Assembly (NCBI GenBank): GCA_038087875.1
Contig: JAXLNO010000065.1
Coordinates: 248,001 to 312,000, forward strand
Reading direction: 5' to 3'
Length of the DNA: 64,000 nt
Source: Malacoraja senta
Taxonomy: Eukaryota
Shown: positions 13,513-27,475 of the stretch, piece after piece
Position numbering within the stretch: the stretch's first letter is position 1
Layout of the letters: every line of letters starts with the position of its first letter
Notes under the pieces: model-generated
The model's database searches: none
The model's input: only the letters and a program-made list of their open reading frames with translations
Told to the model about the DNA's origin: nothing
Translations under genes and position numbers: made by a program

Positions 13513-15550
13513 AAAGAGAGAGAGCTACAATAATTATAGGCAGCATGGAGTAAATGAGGTGCTTGAGGAGTATAAAGAATGTAAAAAGAATATTAAGAAA
13601 GAAATTAGAAAAGCTAAAAGAAGATATGAGGTTGCTTTGGCAAGTAAGGTGAAAGTAAATCCAAAGGGTTTCTACAGCTATATTAATAGCAAAAGGATAA
13701 CAAGGAATAAAATCGGTCCATTAGAGAGTCAGAGTGGACAGCTATCTGCAGAGCCAAAAGAGATGGGGGAGGTATTGAACAATTTCTTTTCTTCGGTATT
13801 CACGAAGGAGAAGGATATGGAATTATGTGAGGTAAGGGAAACGAGCAGAGTAGCAATGGAAACTGTGAGATTCAAAGAAGAGGAGGTGCGGACACTTTTG
13901 AAAAATATGAAAACGGATAAGTCTCCAGGTCCTGACAGGATATTCCCTAGGACATTGAGGGAAGTTAGGGTAGAAATAGCAGGGGCTATGACAGAAATAT
14001 TTCAAATGTCATTAGAAACGGGAATAGTGCCGGAGGATTGGCGTACTGCGCATGTTGTTCCGTTGTTTAAAAAGGGTTCGAAGAGTAAACCTAGCAATTA
14101 TAGACCTGTTAGTTTGACGTCAGTGGTGGGCAAATTAATGGAAAGGTTACTTAAAGATAATATATATAAGCATCTGGATAAGCAGGGTCTGATTAGGAAC
14201 AGTCAACATGGATTTGTGCCTGGAAGGTCATGCTTGACTAATCTTCTTGAATTTTTCAAAGAGGTTACTAGGGAAATTGATGAGGGTAAAGCAGTGGATG
14301 TTGTCTATATGGACTTCAGTAAGGCCTTTGACAAGGTTCCTCATGGAAGGTTGGTTAAGAAGATTCAATTGTTGGGTATTAATGGTGGAGTAGCAAGATG
14401 GATTCAACAGTGGCTGAATGGGAGATGCCAGAGAGTAATGGTGGATGGCTGTTTGTCAGGTTGGAGGCCGGTGACTAGTGGGGTGCCTCAGGGGTCTGTG
14501 TTGGGTCCACTGTTGTTTGTCATGTACATCAATGATCTGGATGAAGGTGTGGAAAATTGGATTAGTAAGTATGCAGATGATACTAAGATAGGTGGTGTTG
14601 TGGATAATGAAGTAGATTTTCAAAGTCTACAGAGAGATTTAGGCCATTTGGAAGAGTGGGCTGAAAGATGGCAGATGGAGTTTAATGCTGACAAATGTGA
14701 GGTGCTACATCTCGGCAGGACAAATCAAAATAGGACGTACACGGTAAATGGTAGCGAATTGAGGAATGCAGTTGAACAGAGGGATCTAGGAATAACTGTG
14801 CATAGTTCCCTGAAGGTGGAATCTCATGTAGATAGGGTGGTAAAGAAAGCTTTTGGTGTGCTGGCCTTTATAAATCAGAGCATTGAATATAGAAGTTGGG
14901 ATGTAATGTTAAAATTGTACAAGGCATTGGTGAGGCCAATTCTGGAGTATGGAGTACAATTTTGGTCGCCTAATTATAGGAAGGATGTCAACAAAATAGA
15001 GAGAGTACAGAGGAGATTTACTAGAATGTTGCCTGGGTTTCAGCAACTAAGTTACAGAGAAAGGTTGAACAAGTTAGGTCTTTATTCTTTGGAGCGCAGA
15101 AGGTTAAGAGGGGACTTGATAGAGGTCTTTAAAATTATGAGCGGGTTAGACAGAGTGGACGTGGATAAGCTTTTCCCATTGAGAGTAGGGAAGATTCAAA
15201 CAAGGGGACATGACTTGAGAATTAAGGGACAGAAGTTTAGGGGGAACATTAGGGGGAACTTCTTTACTCAGAGAGTGGTAGCTGTGTGGAATGAGCTTCC
15301 AGTGGACGTGGTGGAGGCAGGTTCGATGTTATCCTTTAAAAATAGATTGGATGGGTATATGGACGGGAAAGGAATGGAGGGTTATGGTCTGAGTGCAGGT
15401 AGATGGGACTAGGGGGAAGTATTTCATTTTTAATTAAAAAAAATAAAATAATAATAATAATAATAATAATAATGTTCGGCACGGACTTGAAGGGCCGAGA
15501 TGGCCTGTTTCCGTGCTGTTATGGTTATATGGTTATATGGTTATATATGG
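13513..15550 (+). mobile_element. CR1-clade LINE, 5'-truncated, with an uninterrupted ORF2 reverse transcriptase region
   Basis: ORF 13559-15412 has KSPGPD, NYRPVSLTS, QHGF, DFSKAFDKVPH, SGVPQGSVLGP and YADD motifs plus the CR1 C-terminus (LERRRLRGDLIEVFK...FFTQRVV..WN.LP). The 3' UTR ends in a (TTATATGG)n tail. It interrupts a Rex/Babar 3' fragment. Confidence 0.95.
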
Positions 15551-18500
15551 TTCAGTTGCCTGATAACACCTGGGGAGAAACTATCCCTGAATCTGGAATA
15601 TTTATGTAACTGCCTGTTACATAAATGAGGAAAAAATGAGCAAAATTAGAGCAAACCAACCAAGGGGCACATTCTGTCACAGATCCCTTGAGTCATACAC
15701 CACAGGAACAGGTCTTGCGGCCCACCATATCAGTGTTGCCTGTAGTAACCATCTCCATGCATCCCATTTACTCACTTGAGGTTGGTTTGTCTCGATGCTT
15801 CTTAAATGTCATGAGAGTATCTGCCTCCACCGCTTCTTCAGCCTTCACATTCCAATCTCCAACTGTTCCTCAGATCCCCTCTAAACCTCCTTCCTCTTGC
15901 TTTGAAATGTTGCCCTCTTGTCTTTGACTTTCCCACTAAGGTGAAATAAAACTGCTAAAGCTGCGAAAAGCAGTTGTGCCGGAACCAGAAAGTGAATGCT
16001 GACGATGCCCAACGGAACAGGCAGATGTCCGTGGAGTTAATATTACGGATGGATAAGCTTAAGGCAAAACTTAAGATTGGGGTTCGGAGGGAGAGATAGA
16101 TCAGCCACAATTGAATGACGCTGTAGGCGATGGGCCGAATGGCCTAATTCTACTCTTATCACTTATGACCTTATGAGAACGGACCGGTCTGATGCAGGCA
16201 GGAAAGTCAAGCTACCTGAGATTGTTGAATTCAATATTAAGTCCCGAAGGCTGCAACATGCCCATTCGGAAGATGAGGTGCTCCTCAACCCTTTCTTCGA
16301 CTTTGTTGGAACAGGGGATTAAAACATGGAGCAATTGGACCGTCCTCGTAGACTGAACAACGGCGTTTTGCAATGCCTTTTGTTCGCAGGTGTTGGGTCT
16401 CTGTGAACATCAATGGATCGAGAGGGCAAAGGCCTAACACCATACTCCTACGGCAGCCCAGCACCATTTACTGCCTGTTCAAGCCGGAGCAACAACCACC
16501 ACTTACACTGCTGGCCAGATGTGGAATGACGTTCAGCGGTAGGGAACAACGGTAAAACCTTTCCGGGTCTCCAACCCCAGGTGGAGCACACAACCCACAG
16601 CTGTGACCATCCCTGCCTCCAGTGAACACACTTGTTCCTTTTCTCAAGTAATCTCCAACAGATAGATCCTCAGGACATGGACGTTTTCCCCTAGTCCAAG
16701 AAGATTCTTCTAACTCACCAGTCAGAATTGGTTCGAGGGTGCCTCACCATCTCCTCAACAGCAGCCTCCAACACTTATCTTACTTGCTTATTATTACAGA
16801 GCCCATTCAGCCTGTTGGATCCATGCTATCTCATCACTTACAGACTGCCACAACTTCCAGTGGTTTCACAGCCTTTTTTGCCCTCACTCTCCCTGCAGCA
16901 ACCTACATTGACTTATTGTCTTCAACCAAACCCCAAAACGTTTGTGATCAAACGTAACACGGAATCAAAAAGGGCTCAGGATGATAAACGTTGCCCTAAA
17001 GATGGCAGTTAAAGGGCATTTGCCCGGCACACCCCATTCTGTGTCGAAAGGAACTGCAGATGCTGGTATATACCGAAGATAGACACATTTGTGTGCTGGA
17101 GTAACTCAGCGGGTCAGACAGCATCTCTGGAGAAAAAGGATGGGTAACGTTTCGGGTCGGGATCCTTCTTCAGGCCACTCCACCTCTGCCTATCCAGTCG
17201 GGTAGACAAGGTTACTCCCCTTTGACCTGCGATGACCTGCTGGATTGGAACGGATCACATCAGATCCCAGTGCCAGCCCTGTGTGTGCATGCATCGGGTT
17301 GGACAGGAGCTTGGTCTGTGGGCTTTGTGTCCCTCTTCTCTACCTAACCTTTGACTGTGAAAGCAGCGCTGGTACCATAGCTGTGCAGGAGTGGCGGGTG
17401 GGCAAGAGGCAGCAAGGTTTACACTATAGTTCATTGTTGGCTTATTTTCCCAGCTGAAAGCTTCAGTGAAAACAGGGCAGAGCTCAACAAGGCACACACA
17501 AATCAGGCCTCAGTTTAACATCCTGTGCATCTACTGGGTCTCTGGAGCTGTGCTTGAAGGCAAATTAAGAGTGAGCACAATGGTTGTTGCAATGTTGGTC
17601 GAGGGGCAGGGGCCTGGCTGGTCTTCCAGCCAATGTTCTCGGTCTTAATGGAATTTTTATGCTATTATACTCTTAGTTTGTGTGCATGTGTGCGTGCATG
17701 CGTGCACATGTGTGAGTGAGTGTGCGAATGTGTGCGTGTGTCATTCATTGAATTGTGAACAGGGTGATACAATTACTCTCTGTCTGCACACGTTGCTGTC
17801 AGTGTGCTCCAGCATGCCCGAGCACCAATGCAGCTGCAACCGTGCCTCAACAAACTCCTCCAGTGCCATCCTACAACGGCAAGCTGCCTTTGGTTTTCCA
17901 TGCGTGCGCCGGAGAATGCATGGAATTACGTTGCCTGATTGTCAGAGAGGCAGGCACGCAAGGCTGTGCCCCCACTGGCTGCCACCCACCTGCGTGCTCC
18001 AATGCAAGAAGGTTACCATATCCAAAGATCAATTATTCTTTGTTATTCATTGTGTGTTACACGCACATTCACCCTTAAGCTGCTTGGAGGGAGCGTTCAC
18101 TGAGAACAAGGACCCGGCCAGGTACTGTCACCCATCCAGGCTTCCAAGGTGCAGTGTTGATGCTGCCGTTTGCTGTACCCTCTGCCCATCACTGCTGGTG
18201 GTCTTGCCCCTCTCGCTGCCTGGCCCAGCTGCATCAGCCATCCTTATTAGCAGGGTATCTTTGGCTCTCCTGATTCAACGTCACAGAGTTAGCGGAAGAG
18301 AAAGGAAGAAGAAAAATCTGAATTAAACTAGAAACCTTCGTGGTTATGTGTAATTGACTGGGTCTGCCTGCGATATCCTTGTGAGTGTGTGGAGAGCTAA
18401 CTGCAACTGGGTATGAGTGTGTGGGTGTGTTTGTGTGGGATAGTGTCTCTTTATGTGATTGTATGCATGTGCAAGGGTGGAAGAGAGTGTGGGTTTGTTT

Positions 18501-21500
18501 GAGTGCACATGTGTGTGTGTGTGTGTGTGAGTCTGTCTGCGTGTTTGTGTGTCTGAATGTTACAGCTTTATGATGGCGTGCATGTATGTCACGGGACATA
18601 CCATGAGCACGCGTGCCCATGTTCCGCAGGAAATGTATTACCTGGTCTGACCTACATCTGTCCCAAACCACTAGGTCTGATTGACTCCTGATTGCCTCCC
18701 CTCAGGGGCGAGTGGGGATAGACAGTAGATGCTGGCCACTTCTCACGAATGAAAAGATAAACCAAGGGTGTCTGTTTGACAATATCCCTCAACTTGCATT
18801 TTGTGCGGGGTTGGGCATCGCACTGTAATGTGACTAGATGGTTTTGATCATCACACTGATGTGATCAAATTACAATTAAGCTTGGTGACTGGATCAACCA
18901 GCAGATCTTGGAACGGCAGTATCTGGTAAACCGTGCCACAGTGCACCAGGGTGGGTATGCTAGCTGGTAGTACAAACCCTCAAAAACCTAAACCAATATC
19001 ATTCTGCAAACCTGGCACTCATGGGGCCACCCTTGTCATCCTCCTGGAACCCCAATCGCACTCATTCCCTGGGTTCTCAATCCCGCCCACCTGAGACCCC
19101 TCTCTCACCTCCCCCGAGATCACTCTCTCAAACCCCCAAAACCTCTCTCCCACCTGCCCTGAGATCACGTTCTCAAACCTGAAGGATTTCACTCCACCCT
19201 CCCGCTATCTCATTCTCACCCCCTTCCCGGATCCCACTCCAACCCTCCCCACTACCCGCCTCCCCAGGATCTCGCTCTCAATCCCACCACCCTGGGATTG
19301 TACTCTCATTCCCATTGGTCCCCCCGCACCTCACCCTCTCCCACGATCTTTTTTAATGAAAGTGACCTATGTTCCCATTGAGCTGGATGTGAGGAAGTGT
19401 CAGGGTCAGTGTTTGGCCAAGCCAGACAAGGCTTGTAACGGATTGCCTGCCACCTTCTGTCCAATGTTGTGCTTTTACTAGGCCTCCTCGGTCATGACTG
19501 ACCATGGGTGATGCATCCTGGTTGGATGCAAGCCTGGGCGATGTCATATGGAGGACAGGCTGTTGCCCATGCAGCACGTCCCCCCTCTCCACTTCGCTGA
19601 TCGATCCAAAGGAACAGCAGGGCCGTTACAGTTTGGCACCAGCGCCGTCGCAGGAGCTGCCAGAGCGAGGTTGTAGACAACGACGAACTGCCTTAGGGGC
19701 TCCCACTCCGGATTTTCTTGAGGCTTACTCCTGGAGCCTTTACCATGACTGGATATGGCCACAAGGCAGTGGAGGTTTTAAATCAGAGTTTTTCCTCTCC
19801 TAGATGGACTGCCTTCCCAGGCTGACGAGCCCCATCTGCCTGAGACTCGTGGGGGCGGGAGCGTCTACCTTCCCGTGCTGGTCTATAGCACCTGCCCAAA
19901 TATTGTGCTGACTTCTAATATTCATTAACATCCGTTGAGACCCTGGCAGCACTGTAACCGTGGTGACGGCCCTGACTCCACTTTAATGCTTCCATACTTT
20001 ATCTTTCCCTTTTCACCCACATTTACCTCAACATCTGGGCTGTTGCATTCATCCTATCTCCTTTTCCCTCTACTACTTTCCCTTCCCTCTTCTCCCTTCT
20101 TCTTCCTTTGCATTTCCTCTCCTCCTCTCACCTCTACTCATCTCCTCCCATCTTGTTGCCTACTTTTCTCCCCTCTTCCCCCTTCTGCTTTTGAGTCTCC
20201 CTTCTTTCTCTCCTCCTCCCTCTCCCATCTCCTTCTGCATTATCCAATAAGAGATTTTAAGTGCTGGAACACTGTGGCAATGGGAGATTGAGGGGAGAGG
20301 ATGGGTTGATCTTTCTGTCCCAGTTCCCAGAGGAGGCAGGTACAAGAAACCTGCCATCAAAGATGGCTTCTGTGTCCATACAAGCAGAACACAAATGGAG
20401 TGAGTGGCTTGGTCCCTATGCATGGACCCAGCTCTCTCCTTCTGCTTACAGTGTAAACTGCTCCTACATCTTAGATGCAAAGGCAAGAGTCCTAGGGTAA
20501 GCCTGCTTAAAGTAGGTGATGAGCAGATGGCGTGTGTTTTTGAGACATGTATACCACACTATTTCTCTAAACCACAGTCATCTTCATTGCTCTTGCTTCT
20601 TACTGGCAATTCGGTGACCCAGCTGGGGTGCACCGGGTCTTTGTGGCAGGATTGGGACATCACCTGGGCCAGGCGCGATCACACATGTGGTGGTGGTTTC
20701 CGACTTGCTGACCACTCTGCCAATGGATTACATTGTCTCCCACCCAGGGCAAGTGAAGACTCCTCCAGTCTCATCTCCCCTTCGCAGGACAACAGTGGCA
20801 GCTGCAACAGTTCATAGAGTTCTGAGTCAGACAGCATGGAAAAGGCCATTTGGCCCACTGAGTCCGTGCCGACCATCAAGCAGCCAGTTGCAGTAATCTT
20901 ACCACAATCCCATTTTATTCTTCCCATGCTCCCACCAATTCCCCCCACTCCCCCCTGTTCTTCCAAAGGAAGCAAATGTCACTGAGGCGCAACACTCCTT
21001 CTGCCAGAGAGCTTAGACTTTAGAGATACAGCGAGGATACAGGCCCTTCGGCCCACCCAGTCTGCCAACCAGCGATCACCTCGTGCACTAACACGATCCT
21101 ACACACGAGGGACAATTTACAATTTTACCGGAGCCAATTAACCTCAAACTTGTACGTCTTTGGAGCATGGGAGGTAACTGGAGCACCCGGAGAAAACCCA
21201 TGCTGTCACAGGGAGAATGTACAAACTCCATACAGACAGCATCCATAGTCAGGATCAAACCCTGGTCTCCCCCATGCGGTTGGGGCAGGTTGATGGAGTA
21301 CCTTTGTTGTCAGGGTGTTTAGTGTGCAGCACATCCTCACCTTCCCTTGAACAAACCAACGATGACGTGGTGACTCTGAGCATGTGTACACCCAAGCACC
21401 ATACAGTTCAATGACTGAGGCTGATGTGACCATGTTCCTGGAAGGAACGGTCAAACCATTTCTCTTTAGAGTCATAGAGTGATACAGCGTGGAAACAGGC

Positions 21501-24500
21501 CCTTCGCCCCAACTTGCCCACACCAGCCAACATGTCCCATCTACAGTAGTCCCACCTGCCTGCATTTGGTCCTTATCCCTCCAAACCTGTTCTATCCATG
21601 TACCTGTCTAACTGTTTCTTAAATGATCCTATTTCTAAATTGTTCCTGGAGCTTACCTCCACTCCAGATGGAGGCTTGTTGAAGAGGAGATGACAGCAAT
21701 ACAATGAGGAAGATTGAGGGAAGGATGGAAGAATGACACACGCCTGATCTCGCCTGATCCCAGTCTGTACTGTTGGATCTCAGGTACTTGTTCCTGGTGA
21801 CACCCTGGAAGAAGCTGGAAGCAGAAATGGACATCAACTACACCTATCTGGGGGCACGGTAGTAATGCTGAGACCCACCGCCTCACAGTGTCAAAGACCC
21901 CAGTTCAATCCCGACCCCAGGCACTGTCTATGTGGAATTTGCAGATTCTCCCTGTGGCCGCGTGGGTTTACCACGGGTGCTCCAGTTTCCTACACATCTC
22001 AAAGAGGTATGGGTTGGGAGGTTAATTCGCTTCTGTAAATCCCCCCTACTACATGGGTGAGTCTTAGAATCTGGCGGAGGGAGTTGATGAGAATGTGGGG
22101 AGATTAAAACAGGATCAATGTAAATGGGTGGATGATGGTTGGAATGGACGATGGGACAAAGGGCCTGTTTCCATGCTGCACCTCTTGTTGGCTCTCTCCT
22201 TATAATTATGCAGTGCTGTGTATTTCCTTGTGTTAGTACCCACATTCCCTGATTTGCTTCTTTTTACATGTGGAGCGTTATCTGTGAACTCTGTCAACCA
22301 CCCCTCACGTTCACTGTTGTAACAAGTTTGCATCTTCCCCTAGTGCATATGCCTTTGGAGGAGGAGTGTGGAGAGTATTAGTTATCTCTCCCCTTATCTC
22401 ACTCTCATTCTTCCATCGGCCTATCGTGTTTGCCAACCTCAGGACCTGGAGGAAGATTGAGGAATTTTTCTTCTCAGCAAAGGTTCAAAGGTATTTTATT
22501 GTCACGTGTACCACTTAAGGTACAGTGAAACTCGATTGACCAGACAGTCATACCATAAAAAAGGCAACAAGACACACAACCACATAAAAGTTAACATAGG
22601 CATCCACCACAACGGATTCCACAATCCTCACTGTGATGGAAGGCACAAAGTCTAAATTTCTTCCCTCTTTATTCTCCCGCCGTCGGGGCAGTCGAACCAT
22701 CTGCAGTCGGGGCGATCGAAGCCCCCGCGTCGGGGCAATCGAAGCTCCCGCGATTGGGGCGGTCGAAGCTCCTGGGGCCTGGAGCTCCCGAAGTCGGTCC
22801 CTAACCAAGGGACCGCGTGCTCCACGAGGTTAGAGTCCTGCTGCTGGAGCTCCAAGGGACCGCCAGCTCCACCATGTTAAGTCCTGCAGGTTCCCGCGGG
22901 GTTGGAGCTCCCAAAGTTGATCCCCAGCAAGAGGGTGCCAGCTCCTTGATGTTAGACCGCAGTGCGGACGGAGATACAATACCGAAAAAAAATCACATCT
23001 CCGTCGAGGTAAGAGATTAAAAAAATGTTCCCCCTTCCCCCCCCAACTCCACGTAATGCAAAGCTAAAGAACTCAGATTAACACACAACACAATTTCCTT
23101 TTCCCTGTCTGGACACAGATCAAAGACGCTGTAAATAATCTAGCTCTTCGTCCCACAATCTGCTGGCCATCAAATATCCACTTGTATTAATCCAATTTAC
23201 TGGCACTTGGTTACAGCTTCCTCACCTTGGCGAGTAATAATAATTGTGGTGGGTAGTGTTCGGTCAATCAGATCCATAGTTCATATAGAGAGAAAAGACA
23301 TGTTCCTGTAGACTATACTGACACTTATCTCTTGGAGAAAAGTCAGGTGTAGAATGAGCCAACTCAGATCATTGTTATTCTGTAGAGTGGATCTAAGACC
23401 AGAGTGCACAGTATCAGAATAAAAGGGTGTTCCTTTGGAAAGGAGATGAGGAGGTATTTCGTTAGTCAGAGCCTGTTGCCCACTCTGAATGTTCCTGTAC
23501 GTAGGAACACAATGGCTGTCCGTGTGGATGTGGGTGAGGCCACAAGTGCCTTTGAATGAGTATGTCAGGATAAGTGGGCTTGGCTGTGAGCATGTAGCTC
23601 TCTGCGGCACTGGAGTAAGTGTTGCAACCTTTCCTCCACCTCCCCTCCCAATGTTACCCTTGAATTGTCCATGCTTGCATTTGGCGCGGTGTGCAGCTTC
23701 TGTGCCTTGTGTTAATCTTCTCCCCTTCACTCCACCTGAAGGTACCGAAACACGCTACAGGTCCGTGGGTGCCAGTAGCCCTCCTGCTCCAAGGCCTGCC
23801 GCCCGCTCATCTTGTACGAGCTTAGAGAGTGAGTGTTAACTGGTGGTCCCCATCTTGGGGTCGAGGGCATCAGGCCCAACTCCGGATGCTACGCCACTTG
23901 GTGTACGGAAAACACCAAGGAGCGGCCAAATGGCAATCTCCTCCCCAGCCCCATTCACCTCGACACCCCCCAATCCCCAGCCACCACCCATCTGAGCTCA
24001 CTGCTGCCCCAGGGTCAAATCGTGAGACCTTTGTGGTCTTCTTGACTCAGAACGACTGGTGCACTGGTTTGATAATTTGTCCACTGCTTTTGATTTGGAT
24101 TTCAACTACGAGAGGGATGTCAATGCAAGATGTCCCACCAACAATGCACCTGGGGACGAACAGGGCCGGATGCAGAGGATTCTAGGTATGCAGTGTGCTG
24201 AGGACCACCACACCAACAGAGTCTTAAGTGCAGCATTGCACACAGTCTTCAGGGATTGTGAGGTGCAGATGCAGAATGTTACAAGGATCGATGCATTCAG
24301 CATTTCAGGGAACGTCGCAGAATGAGAGTGGTGCTTATTGACCTTAGAGAGATGCAGCACACAAACAGGCCCTTCAGCCTATTTAGTCCACACTGACCAT
24401 CATCCACTCATTCATGCTAACCTTCCATTAATCCCATGTTTTTCTGCCATGTTCTCATCAATCCCCCCCCCCCCCCCCCCATTTCTATCACTCACCTACA

Positions 24501-25519
24501 CACAAGGGGCAATATACAGCAGCCAATTAACCGACCATCTCACATGTTTTTGGGATGTGGGAGAAAACTGGAGCACTGGGGGAAATGATGCATTCAGAGG
24601 GAGAACTCAACACAGGTCATTACACCATTCTGCTGATTTACATTTGTCATTTTATTTGTTGGTGTATCTATTATTACTGTACACTGTTTACTCTGTGAGC
24701 TTCGTGTGAACAAGGAATTTCATTGCACCCTGGTGTATATGACAATAAACTAATCTGAAGCTAAACTGCAGCCGAGGTCAGGATTGAACCTGGGTCTTTG
24801 ATGTTGTGAGGCATCGGCACCACTCACTGCGCCATTGGTTGTGAATGTAATGGTTACCGTGCACAAACATTGCATGGTACCACTTGTTAAAGAAAGGTTG
24901 GATGACACAGGAATATGACAGAAGACAAATGATTAGCAAGTGCTGGAGTAACTCATCGAGTCAGGCAGCATCTCCAGAGTAAATGGCAAGGTGACCTTTC
25001 AGGTCGGGACCCTTCTTCAGATATTTTATTACATTATTAGAAATTGGGAGTAGGAGGCATAATTTGAATGCAGGCTGTATCCTTAGAAAGAACAGAATAG
25101 CATCCAGGACCTGCATGGTGAAAGATTGCCACAGGCACAGTGAACCTCCGCTCGAGCAGATAAATCATGGCTGATTTGACACCATCACGACCAATTTGTA
25201 ACACAAAGCTCCAGCTTATCTCCTGTCTTAGCCCTGCTTGGGTGAAGACACGCTCAGTCCTCACCAGTGCCATCTTACGGCGTCATTAATTAGTTCTTTA
25301 TTCAACCCTACTGGAATGATCATGTACTGGCGTTCCTACTGGGAACCAGCGTGACTGGGGAAACATGCAGTGCCCACATAGACACTGGCCACCTGAGGGA
25401 GGAACACGTGGGGATGGGTTTGCAGCAGAAGAGACCATTCTACCCAGGTCTTCAGGAGGCAATGTCCTGCCAAACAACGGCGACACACTTAGGGGTAACT
25501 TCTGTGTTTCAGTAAAGCT

Positions 25520-25930
25520 AGTCATAGAGCATGGAGACAGGCCCTTTGGCCCAACTTGGCCACACTGACTGAAACATCCCATTTACACTGGTCCCACCTG
25601 TGTACTTTGACCCATATCACTCTTAACCGGTCCTATCCTTGTACCTGTCTAATTGTTTCTTAAACTTTGCAATAGTCCCTGCCTCAACTACCTCTTCTGG
25701 CAGGTCGTCCCATACACCCATCATCCTTTGTGTGAAAAAGTTACTCCTCAGATTCCCATTGAATCTTTTCCCCTTCACCTTAAATCTATGTCCTCTGGTT
25801 TTTGATTCCCTACTCTGGGCAAGAAACTCTGCGTCTACCCGATCTATTCCTCTCAAGAATAGAGTCCCAGCCTGCTCAACCTCTCCCTATAGCTCAGACC
25901 CTCGAGTCCTGGCAACATCCTCGTAAATCT
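25520..25930 (-). mobile_element. CR1 3' fragment
   Basis: ORF 25623-25856(-) encodes RGHRFKVKGKRFNGNLRSNFFTQR..WDDLPEEVVEAG. Confidence 0.85.
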
Positions 25931-27114
25931 TTTCTGCTTGACAACATCGACAATTGGCATTCAATCCAGTGGAGCGGGACAAGGACCTCAATTCCTTCCA
26001 CAGAGCGACTCTAAACTTTGCTTGCCTGGCTTACTCCAGGCTGGAGATGTTGGCAGCATCTTGAAATTTGCCTCCCCATCCTTGTGTACTGTAGGATCTC
26101 CATTCAACGACAGCCTCTCACCCACCACCTCTTCACGTTCGGCCCTGTTTGTAAGCTGCCACTTGTAAGTGGCTGCATTAGGATTTTGGACATGCCCATG
26201 GTGCAGGGTCCATTGAATGCAGGAATATCAATCTGCAGCCACCACAGATAGGCCTCTGCTGCGCAGTGGTATCAAAGAGATTTCACTCAATCAATGGCAG
26301 TTTAATGTGCGTGTCACCTCGGGCAACATTGCCCAGTGCAGGGCGATGTCTGGTCGGAGATGTGCTAACTCCATTTGAGCCACTGTAACAAACTCAAGGT
26401 GAACTGGATGACAAAGTGCCTGCAGACATGTTTAGTGATTAAATCCACACACTCAGGCACGTGCTTACATCAAAGATAATCTCAACACAAAATGTATTAA
26501 TCTTTAAACTTTAGAGATACAGCGTGGAAACAGGCCCTTTGGCCCACCGAGTCTGTGCTGGCCAGTGATCGCCCCGTACACGAGCACTATCCGACACACT
26601 AGCAACAATTTACAGAAGCCAATTAACCTACAAACCTGCACGCCTTTGGAATGTGGGAGGAAACGAGTACCCGGAGAAAACCCACGCGATCACAGGGAGA
26701 ACGTACAAATTCTGTTCAGACAACACCCGTTGTCAGGATCAAACCTGGGTCCCTGGCGCTGTAAGGCAGCAACTCTACCGCTGCACCACTGTGATATACA
26801 TCCTGGAACCTTGCAAAAACATTCCACAGTAATCAGACAATGAGTGTGTAGGATAGAACCGTGTACGGCACAGTCTCGCTCGGGCAATGGGCCTGTTTCA
26901 GCATTGTATCTCTAATGTCTAAAGTCTAAAGAGACTGATCTTGCCCTCGTGCTCCCTGCATGATCTCATTGTGCTGGAGGAGGGAGGGGCCACCTAGATG
27001 ACCCACTTCAGCCTGAGTTCTCATGACAGTCACGTCTGGAACAAAGTCCCAGTTCACCAGCAGATGCAGCCCTTACATTCACACTCACACACATGCCACA
27101 ACCCCTTCATAGAA

Positions 27115-27475
27115 TAAAAGTTATGACCTTCATAAGTTCTAGGAGCAGAATTAGGCCATTCGGCCCATCAAGTGCACTCTGCCATTTAATCATGGCTGAT
27201 CTATCTTTCCCTCTAAAACCCCATTCTCCTGCCTTATCCACATCGCCCCTGACAACTATACTAATCGAGGATCTGTCAATCTCCGCCTTAAAAATATCCA
27301 TTGACTTGGCCTCAATAGCCATCTTTGGTAATAAATTTCACAGATTCACCACCCTCTGACTAATCCTCATCTCCTTTCTAAAGGCACGTCCTTTTATTCT
27401 GAGGCTATGGCCTATGGTCCCAGACTCTCCAACTAGTGGAAACATCCTCTCCACATCCACTCTTTCCAGGCATTT
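27115..27475 (-). mobile_element. CR1 3' fragment
   Basis: Encodes RVDVERMFPLVGES..GHSLRIKGR; the 3' UTR has the ggccgaatggcctaattctgctcct motif. Confidence 0.8.

Noticed and set aside
13559..15412. Reverse transcriptase as a retron, DGR, group II intron or domesticated gene
   Set aside because: Motifs, C-terminus, 3' UTR and tandem tail are those of a CR1 LINE, with many related fragments in the window.
17682..18326. 214-aa Cys-rich ORF (and the 193-aa ORF at 10513-11094)
   Set aside because: No domain signature or splice-compatible exon evidence; partly repeat-derived.
22690..22950. Short recurring GAAGC(T)CCC/GGAGCTCC motifs resembling a repeat-spacer array
   Set aside because: Irregular, degenerate units inside a dispersed repeat; no constant repeat or spacer length and no cas genes, so not CRISPR.
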